Assembly (NCBI GenBank): GCA_964016885.1
Contig: OZ024743.1
Span: forward strand, 377,704,001 to 377,768,000
Direction: 5' to 3'
DNA from: Eledone cirrhosa
Taxonomy: Eukaryota
Length of the DNA stretch: 64,000 nt
Under the pieces are notes generated by a model, which did not search any database, was not told where the DNA came from, and worked only from the letters and a program-made list of their open reading frames with translations. Shown one piece after another: positions 54,700-64,000 of the stretch. Each line of letters begins with the position of its first letter. Within the stretch, counting starts at the first letter, position 1. The translations under genes were made by a program, and so were the position numbers.

Positions 54700-56420
54700 A
54701 AGCTGTAAATGTTTTTTACTTTATATTTTATGTGCTATCAACTAATCTTATCTCCAAGATGCTCGGAATTGACTACTTTTTTAGTATATTAACAATGAAT
54801 ATGATTTCCACTGCAATCAAAAATGACTAACTTTGTGGATGGTTTTTCTGCCCACTTTCCGCCCTCATTTCTCAACAATACTAGTCATTTTTTACAAGTT
54901 TCGAAGTCATATTCATTGATAATATGTGAAAGAAATAGTCAATAGTGAGCACCTTGGAGGTCAGATGGGGTGGTAATCATACACAGACACACCAAAAAAA
55001 CAAATAAATAAATAAAATGAGGAAGAAAATCTTTCACACTCAGATCAATACCATGGTGTGATATAGTATGGCGTGGTTTGGTGTAGTTATGTGAAAAAAA
55101 TAGTCAATTGCGAGCACCTTCGAGTTCAGAATGGGTGGAAAAGCATCAAGGATCATTTTACGTCCGCTTTTCCCTGCTTGCAAGGGTGGGGCGGGAACCG
55201 ATTCTGGCTTGATTTCTACAGCTGGATGCCCTTCCTAACACCAACCTCATTTACAGTGAGTGCTGGGTGCTTTTTTGCCATGGCGCCTCCACGACCACTT
55301 TGCAGTGGAATGATAGGGACCCCAGTCCCTATCATCTCATTTCTACAGCTGAGTAAACTGGAGCAATGTGAAATAAAGTGTCTTGCTCAAGGAAACAACA
55401 CATCACCCGGTCTGAGAATAGAACTCACAACCTTTCGACTGCAAGGCCAATCCTCTAACCACTAAGCCATGTGCCTCCATCACAAAACACGCACAAAAAA
55501 AAAATGGAAAAAATGTTTCATACATATCAAGCAGGTGTTTTTCAGTAAATTTACCATAGTGTGTGTGGTATGGTGTAATTTAGTGTGCTGCAGTGTGTTT
55601 AGTGTGGTGTGGTGTGCTTTGTTATAATGTGTTTCCCTCTAACGTAAGGACTTTAATTTCCAGTTTGATTTCAGCCAGAAAAATATTTTTTCCTTTGTTT
55701 TTCAATGTCCTATCAATTAATCCAATGTCCAAGTTGCTTGCAGTCGATTTTTTTTTCGCACATTAACAACAAATATGACTTCCAACCCAATAAAAAATGA
55801 CTAGCTTTGTAAATAGTCTTTCCTCCCTCTTACAGCCCTCTTTTTCTACAAATCTAGTCACTTTAGACAGGTTGCCATGTCATATTCATTGATAATATGT
55901 GCAAAAAATAGTTAATAGTGAGCACCTTTGATGTTAGAATGGGTGGGAAGCACACACACAAAAAAAGGAAGAACAATTATCACACTGAGATCATGGAGGT
56001 GTTCTTCAATAAATTTACCATGGTGTGGTGCAGTATGGTGTAGTTTGGTGTAGTGCAGCGTGTTTAGTGTGGTGTGGTGTGCTTTGTTATAATGCAATTT
56101 TCTCTAACATAAGGACTTTAATTTCCACTTAGATTCAAATTGGAAATAAAAATGTTTTCCTCTTTCTTTTATATCCTATCAACTAATCTGACCTCCAAGA
56201 GCCTCAAAATCAACTATTTTTTTAGCATATTAACAATAAATATGATTTCCACTGCAATAAAAAAAATGACTAGCCTTGTAAATGGTTTTTCCGCCCACTT
56301 TCCACCCTCATTTCTCAACAAAGCTAGTCATTCTTGACAGATTTCAAAGTCATATTCATTGATAATATGTTAAAAAAATAGTTAATAGTGAGCACCTTTG
56401 ATGTCAGAATGGGTGGGAAG

Positions 56421-56452
<32 letters not shown>

Positions 56453-56900
56453 AAGAACATTTATCACACTGAGATCATGGAGGTGTAGATCGGTATGGTG
56501 TAGTTTGGTGTGGTGCAGCGTGTTTAGTGTGGTGTACTTGTTATAATGCAATTCTCTCTAACATAAGGACTTTCATTTCTACTTTGATTTAAATTTGAAA
56601 AATAGATTTTTCTTTTATTTTGTGTTCTATCAACTAATCTGACCTCCAAGAGGCTCAAAATCAACTATTTTTTTAGCATATTAACAATGAATATGATTTC
56701 CACTGCAATCAAAAATGACTAGCCTTGTAAATGGTTTTACACCCTCTTTCCACCCTCATTTCTCAACAAAGCTAGTCATTCTTGACAGATTTCAAAGTCA
56801 TATTCATTAATAATATGTGGAAAAAATAATCAATTGCGAGCATTCTGGCAATCCTATCGTGTGAAAGCACACAAATAAAAGAGTGAAAAAAAAACAACTT
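54700..56900. repeat. Diverged tandem repeat, ~450-480 bp unit, about 4 copies
   Basis: ctatcaactaatct / atatgatttccactgcaat / gtcatattcattgataatatgt recur at ~54735, 55710, 56177, 56626. Confidence 0.8.
55144..55478 (-). mobile_element. SINE: tRNA head + CORE-like middle + RTE family A 3' tail
   Basis: Head ggcacatggcttagtggttagag...gagttctattct; tail identical over ~70 nt to 15545-15616. Confidence 0.82.
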
Positions 56901-57213
56901 TTCAAACAGAAATCTTAGTGTTCTAATAATTTACAGTGATATGTTATCATCTGGTTTGGTGTAGTGTAGATTAGTGTGGTGTGGTGTAGATTAGTGTGGT
57001 GTAGATTAGTGTGGTGTGGTGTAGATTAGTGTGGTGTAGATTAGTGTGGTGTGGTGTAGATTAGTGTGGTGTGGTGTGCTGTGTGGTATAACCTGATTCT
57101 CTCTAACTTAAAATCTTTAAAACGTAATGCCTATCCTCTATAACTTAAAAAATTACCTTAAAGATGATTACAATCGACTTTTTTTTCTGGATTAGTGTTA
57201 GATTTATGGCTAA

Positions 57214-58227
57214 CAAGCAGCAGTACCCAGCGTTGCCTGGGTAGGTAAAATAATATCTGCTTTGATGAAAAGATGTTGATCTTAGCGACTGCTTCTCGAT
57301 GACTCATCTATGGCCACACACAGGCCATGCAGGGGAGGGTGGTGATGACTTCTATCACTGAGAAACGCGGGTGACTGACGAAGAGGCATGCTGGAGAAGG
57401 GAGGTAATGACCTCTAACACTAAGCCAAATTTCCTCACGCTACTTGATTGGAAACCGATGAATTCTCAAATACACAACTAAAAGCTCAGACGACGTCAGT
57501 GGCCATCGTTTTGCTTTGACCATCTTTAAGATGTGCAATGATAGGTTCTATCGTAGTATAAAAGTTGAACCAAATAAATTGATTTATGTGTGAGGTGGAG
57601 CCGAAGTTTCGAATTTGAACGAAATCGGTTGAAAAATGTGGGAGCTAAGGCCGAAAAGGCGGAAATTTGAGCGAAAAGGTGGTATTTTCGAATATTTAAG
57701 CCGCTGCCACGCCGTTTCTGAACAAAAAAAAACAAAATGTAAAGCCACTTTAAAACGTGAAATAATCAGATCTAGCATAGTGTAAAATTTGAACAAAGTA
57801 GGTTGATTAATGTGGGAGCTAGAGCCGAACAAGTGGAAATTTGAGTCTAAAAGTGGTATTTTTGAATATTTAAGCGGCTGCCACGCCGTCCCTGAACAAC
57901 AAATGCAAAATATAAAGCCATTACAGGATGTGCAATGATAAATTCTATTTAGCTTTAAAATTTGAACGAAATCGGTGGCAAAATATGGGAGCTAGAGCCA
58001 AAAATCTTATTTTTCGATACCTAAAAAAAGGTGACCCTCCTATCGATTTTTATCTGCAGAATGACGCGGGAATTTTAAAAAAATCGATACACTGATATAT
58101 AGAAAACACTCCCCGATGAGCCTGTAAAGTTTCATGAAAATCGGTCGTAAGATGTAGGCCCCTATAGGTAATACACAGACACACAGACACACACACACAC
58201 ACATACTTAATTTTATATATATACAGA
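57214..58227 (-). mobile_element. Non-autonomous Helitron, second family
   Basis: Minus 5' A|TCtgtatatatataaaa + (TG)n; 3' hairpin acccag-gcaacg-ctgggt then CTTG|T; internal ~190-230 bp repeats. Confidence 0.75.
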
Positions 58228-58229
58228 TG

Positions 58230-59170
58230 TTAGAGTTCAGGTCAGTGTTAATGAGTCCATCAGTATTAGTTTTCTGGTTAGTGTTAGTGTTTGTGTTAGT
58301 GTTATTGGTATTGTTAGTGTTAGTTTTAGTGTTAGTGTTAGTGGTATTGTTAGTGTTATTTAAAGTGTTAGTGTTAGTGTTAATGTTTGCGTTAGTGTTT
58401 ATTGTAGTGTTCAGGTTAGCATTAGTATTAGTGTTTGTGTTAGTGTTAGTGTTTGTTAGTGTTAATGTTAGCGTTACTGTTAATGTTACCGTTAGCGTTT
58501 GTGTTAGTGTTTATGGTAGTGTTAGTTTTAGTGTTAGTGTTCAGGTTAGTGTTAGTGATTGTGTTAGTGTTTGTTAGTGTTAATGTTAGTGTTAGTGGTA
58601 GTATTTGTGTTAGTGTTTATGTAACGTTAGTTTTAGTGTTAGTGTTAGCATTAGTGTTAGTTTTAGTGTTAGTGATAGTGTTAGTGATAGTGTTAGTGAT
58701 AGTGTTCAGGTTAGTATTCAGGTTAGTGTTCAGGGTAGTGTTTGCATTAGTGTTAGTGATTGAGTTAGTGTTAGTGATTGTGTTTGTGTTAGTGTTAATT
58801 TTAGTGTTACTGTTAGTTTTAGTGCTAGTGTTCGTGTTAGTGTTAGTTTTAGTGTTAGTTTTAGTTTTAGTGTTAGTTTTGGTGTTACTGTTAGTTTTAG
58901 TGCTAGTGTTCGTGTTAGTGTTAGTTTTAGTGTTAGTTTTAGTGTTAGTTTTAGTGTTAGTGTTCAGGTTAGTGTTAGTGATATTGTTAGTGTCAGTGTT
59001 AGTGATTGTGTTAGTGTTCTGGTTAGTGTTAGTGTTAGCATTAGTGTTAGTGTTCAGGTTAGTGTTAGTGATTGTGTTAGTGTTCAAGTTAGTGTTAGTG
59101 TTCAGGTTAGTGTTAGTTTTCATGTTAGTGTTAAGTTAACTGTTAGGGTATGTGTTAGTGTAAGTGTTAG
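58230..59170. repeat. Degenerate (TTAGTG)n satellite
   Basis: Direct reading. Confidence 0.9.
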
Positions 59171-59951
59171 GGCATGTGACATTTTAGTTTAAAATTAGGT
59201 TTTTTGCTTTCCAGGAAAAATAGTTGATTCTCTCCAACTTAAGTAGTGTGTTATAGTGTGGTATATTATAGTGTTTCATAGTGTTGTGTGGTGTTGTATA
59301 TTGTTATACAGTGTAGTGTGGTATATTGTTTCATAGCATGGTGTTTCATAGTGTGGTGTGGTGTCATATAATGTGGTATGGTATAGTGTTTTCAGGGTGG
59401 TGCGATGTGGTATTATATAGTGTAGTATAGTGTTTTATAGTGTGGTGTGGTATGATATTGTGTGGTGTAGTGTGGCATAGTTTGATTATAATAATACAAA
59501 TAATAAATGCTTCTACTTTTGGCACAAGGCCAGCAATTATCCCAGTAATAACATAAAGTACAGTAATAAGAATAATAATAGTTATAATATTTATCCTCCT
59601 TATTCCTCTTCTTTGTCTTCTTCTGTACTTTTGCCTTCTTCTGTGCCTTTGCCTTCTTCTCCTCTTCCATCTGAATACCAAAAACAAAGAATGTAAAACA
59701 TATATATTGCCTCTCTCTTGGACTTTACGAAGTGCTGAGGAGATAAAGTTAATTTAATTTCATAACTAAAAAAACAATGTCAAATATCAACAAAATATAT
59801 ACAAATATCCTTGAATGTTAAGTCCACTGTTAACATAAAGAGAAAACAGATATTATTTATAGATACAATGCTCATCTTTTACTGATATCAGACAATGAAC
59901 TGCGACCATGCCTGAGTCTCGCATCTATGAGTTTTAGTTTTAAATGACTGA

Positions 59952-60533
59952 CTGTTGAGGGACAGAGGAGTGTTTTCCTTGCTCAGTTAATGTGAAACTG
60001 ATTAATAAACACCCGAGGGCCAGAGCTGTGTTTTCACTGCTAAGTTAAGGTGACAGATACTAACAGACTGCTGAGGGCCACAGGTGTGTTTTCATTGCTC
60101 AGTAAAGGTGACACTGACTAGCACACTGCTGAAGGCCAGATGTATGTTTTTACTGCTCAGCTAACGTTACCCTGTCTAAAATACAGTTGGGGGCTAGAGG
60201 TAATTTTAATTGCTCAGTTAAGGTGAGAATAACTAACAGACTGGTGAGGGCTTGATGTGTTTATACTGCTCAACTAAGGTGACACTGACTAACAGACCGT
60301 TGAGGGTCTGAGGTGTGTTTTTAATGCCCAGCTAATGTTCTACTAACTAACTGTTGAGGGCCTGAAGTGTGTTTTTTACTGCTCCACTATGGTGACACTG
60401 ACTAAATGATTGTTGAGGGCCTAAGATATTTTTTCATTGCTCTATTAAGGTGGCACAAACTATCACTCTGTTGATTGGCTGATGTGTGTTTTTACTGTGC
60501 AGCTAAGGTGACACTGGCTAACAGACTTTGAGC
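59952..60533. repeat. Minisatellite, ~59-60 bp unit, about 10 diverged copies
   Basis: ctgttgagggc...tgtgttttt.a.tgctcag.taaggtgacactgactaacaga. Confidence 0.85.
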
Positions 60534-61243
60534 AATCTAACAGCAACCTGACAAAAGAAACATTAAACTTACACTACAGAATGAAAATTATTTACAAATT
60601 TAGGTTTCCCCTCTAGTTTCATTCCATCTTTATTTTTCAGTCATCATTCCCTGATTCAATTAAAATTGACCTAAACAGCCATTTTAATCTTATAGGAAAA
60701 TAAAAATAATATATGTGTTTATATCTATATTATATCTGTATTTTTTACCGTTGGTCAGTCAATGGTAAACATTGAGGACCAAATGAATTAACTGTGGAGA
60801 TATAAAAGATACAGAAGCGAAAACCAACCAAACAGTGAGTGTGTTCTGTTATTATTTCTGGCAATATTATTACAACAATATGACCCTCCCCAAGTATAAC
60901 AATATATATATAGATAGATATATATATATATATATAAGTAAAATTACTAGGTTTTTTTGGCACAACTATATTTATTTAGTCATCAACTTCTCTCATCTGC
61001 ACAAATAAAATATGATTCTAACCAAGAATTTATTTTATCATGGAAATAAATAAGAATTTAATGGATATATATGTTATACCAAATACAAAAGTAAACTTAA
61101 GTAACTTTTTATAATGTTTAATCAGAAAAGGAAAGGGTCATGTCCATGAAATCATATGTATAGGTCATTAAGATCATATTTACAGGTCATTAAGTTAAGT
61201 TTGAGGTGTAATGATATCTAGATTTCATTAAACCTAAACTGAG

Positions 61244-62742
61244 ATCATCATCATCATCATCATCATCATCTTCGTTTAACGTCCATCTTCCACGCTAGCA
61301 TGGGTTAGACGGGAGTTGTCCCGCTTGAGGCAAGGTTGGTCGGGTGATCGTGTCTCACTCATATAGGACTATCTGGCAGGTTTTCTACAGTTGGATGCCC
61401 TTCCTAATACCAACCACATTTACAGTGTGGAACTGGGAACTTTTTACCGTGTTACCTACACGACCACATTACAGTGTGGACTGTGTGTTTTTTTTTGTCA
61501 TGACACCTACACGATCTCAATCTCATTATCTCATTTATTTGGACTGGATGTTGTGGTACCAACTTTACAGAGAGAGGGTGGTGTTGGTGGGAGTGGGAGG
61601 ATAGTATAGTTGTAGTGGATTGGAGTGTATATTTGGTTAAGAGGTGCCTACTGACTGTAGGTTTCGCTTTGCACATAGACAAGGCGGGTCTTCTGTATTA
61701 CTGCATAGCGCCAAAGATCTCGGTCCAGTGACATTGTCTTAGAGAGGTGCAAGTGTGTAAGGTCGGAATTTATCAGATCGTCCCAGGTTTTTCTGGGCCT
61801 ACCTACTCTGTAACTACCATCAATTTTGATTGCCCTGCACTTTTTTATACAGCTGTCATCTTTCATGCGCATCACGTGGCCATACCAACGTAGTCTTCTC
61901 TCAAGTAAATAGCATCTGATCCCTCTTATTCCTAATTTCTCACTTAGTTCATTTATGCTTTGCCATTCACGTATATTACTATTACACATCCAACGGAGCA
62001 TGCATGCTTCGTTCCTTTCCAGTCTGCATGCAATGCCCATGTCTCACTGCCATGTAACATTGCTGTTCGTATACAGGCATCATACAATTTGCCTTTCATT
62101 TTTAGAGAGAAACCTTTTGTGGCCAACAGTGTTATAAGCTCTATAGACTTTTTCCATCCCGTTCTGACTCTGGCTACTGTACTTTCAGAACACCCTCCAC
62201 CACTGCTGATTTCGTCACCCAGGAAGGTGTCCACTATTTCTATAGAACCATCTGGGCAATAGAAGGAGCTAGTATCCTGTGGGCACTTGCTACTTATTGC
62301 ACCTGAACATCAGCCACATATAAAGTCTACGTTCTTAGATAGTTTGCCTGTGATCCCACTACATCTTTTATGTACCCATAATTTGCATTTGGGACGTAAA
62401 ATGGAATTTCTGTCTACTCCTTTCCTACACACTGAGCAAGGCCATTTCCCTGAGGGCACCTGTGCCCTATTTTCCTTTCTACAAACTAGAACTTTAGTCT
62501 TAAACAAGTTAACTTTAAGGTCTTTTGATTCTAGGCCATGCTTCCATGTTTGGAATTTCTTCTCTAGTTCAGCCATAGATTCAGCTATGAGAGTTAGATC
62601 ATCTGCGTATAGGAGTTCCCATGTGCAGCCGGTCTTGAACTCCTCTGTTATAGCCTGAAGGGCAATAATAAATAGGAAGGGGCTAAGGACGGAGCCTTCT
62701 TCACAATATTCATTGTTAATTCTAACCTTACTGACCTTACTG
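61244..62742 (-). mobile_element. Older, decayed 5'-truncated RTE LINE related to family B
   Basis: Fragmented ORFs with [24 protein letters not shown] and a decayed PHD finger; (GAT)n tail. Confidence 0.9.
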
Positions 62743-62916
62743 ATAGTATATATTATATTATTTATTATATATCAATTAATGATGATATTTATATATTATT
62801 TACAATTTGCGTGTAGGCAGGTCTCTCTGGAAATAGGGTTGGAGGGCACTGAGGGTATTACATGGCCATGAGGGGGTGGTGGCCCAAAAAGTTTGAGAAC
62901 TTCTGTTTTATATTAA

Positions 62917-63134
62917 CCCTTTAACATTTAAACCAGTGATATCTGGCCAGAATTCTCTCATCTCTTTCTGTTCAAACAAGCCCCAACAGGCCCCTTATAC
63001 CAATATTAAGGTATTGTTCTCAAAATAAATATCAAAATCTCGTAGATTCAATATTATGTGAGTTAATTATGTAAGATAAAACCTTTACTATGAAAATACA
63101 ATACTTTATATAGAGTAATGTAAATGCTAAAGGG
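62917..63134. mobile_element. piggyBac-type MITE, 218 bp
   Basis: TTAA|ccctttaacattta ... taaatgctaaaggg|TTAA (13/14 TIR match). Confidence 0.8.
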
Positions 63135-63744
63135 TTAATACGAAAAAGAAAAATGAAATCCCTTTGCTTGATAAGAAATAAATGTTTTCTCAGGTACAAG
63201 ATTTTAAACAGTAAATGTTTTCACTTTCCTATATAAACAGAACAAAAAAACATTCATTTCATTCTATTATGAAAAACATTAAAGTGTTGTTTTTTTTAAA
63301 GAAGGTGCTTCGATAAGCTTGTATGATGTATAGGGAAAATAGTTTCGGTTTACGAACATTTTGAGTAAGGAAAAGCCTTCAGGAACAAATTAAGTTTGTG
63401 AACCGGTTCCACTGTGTTTTAAACCCACTAATTGCTTACAAAAAAAATAAAATATATAGATATAGATAATTATATATAAATGTGTGTATGTGTGTGTGTA
63501 AACCAGCGATCAAATCCACAAAGACGCTGGTCAGGAAACATGAACATCGCTGACAACGCAGGGAGAATCCCTTATGGTTATCTCCCAATCTGCTAGAAAT
63601 AGCAGTCAGATAGGTTAGCATACCTGGGATGTTTTTCTTCTCCTTTGATTTCATAAAACGAGTATCAATGAATCTTATTCTATTGCTGTACTTACTATTC
63701 CATTGTCAATTTTCGGTTTTGTATGATGCGAACATCTCTCTTAA

Positions 63745-64000
63745 GGCGCGTGGCCTAATGGTTATGATGCTTGCGGTACAATCATGTCATCAGTACAACT
63801 CCTGGACCGGCTGCTGTGTTGTGTTCTTGAGCAAAACACTTTATTTCACATCGCTCCAGTACACTCAGCTGAGAGTGAGTACCAGCAATAGCTGGGGAGT
63901 TAATCCTACGATAGACTGACGTCCTATCCAGGGAGAGTCTTGTACTCTCAGTCACTTAACACCAAGGAAGCCGGTGATAAACACTGGCCTGATGAGCCAT
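63745..64000 (+). mobile_element. tRNA/CORE-like SINE running off the window
   Basis: ggcgcgtggcctaatggtta...gtgttcttgagcaaaacactttatttcacatcgctccag. Confidence 0.7.

Noticed and set aside
59952-60533. CRISPR-like periodicity of ~60 bp
   Set aside because: Whole units are homologous with no unique spacers, no cas genes, eukaryotic context
62860-63415. hAT-like end (aaaaagtttgagaacttctg) and Tigger-like end (gaaccggttccactg)
   Set aside because: Partner termini not identifiable

Overview
Eukaryotic, very AT-rich, repeat-dominated DNA. The SINE/RTE content resembles an octopus/cephalopod genome (inference). No confident host protein-coding gene is present; almost all long ORFs in the track are (TA)n artefacts. 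Left of a 200-N gap (1-28.8 kb), very long (TA)n/(TATG)n arrays (up to ~4.6 kb) carry at least six RTE-clade LINE copies from two families. One is near full length, and both families have a C4HC3 PHD-type finger inside the reverse transcriptase. An uninterrupted CR1/L2-group ORF2 sits in the same arrays. Right of the gap are a full-length Hsmar1-like mariner, three non-autonomous Helitrons, a decayed Helitron PIF1 helicase, R4/Dong-like LINE 3' ends, tRNA-derived SINEs, satellites and local duplications. The most striking unannotated signal is a set of about 15 type I hammerhead-ribozyme motifs from roughly 8-10 distinct sequence types. They lie in short (TA)n-embedded inserts, several of which are fold-back palindromes or carry terminal direct repeats, i.e. 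Penelope-like/retrozyme-like elements; one family has been captured by a Helitron. The ribozyme folds were read by eye and are untested.
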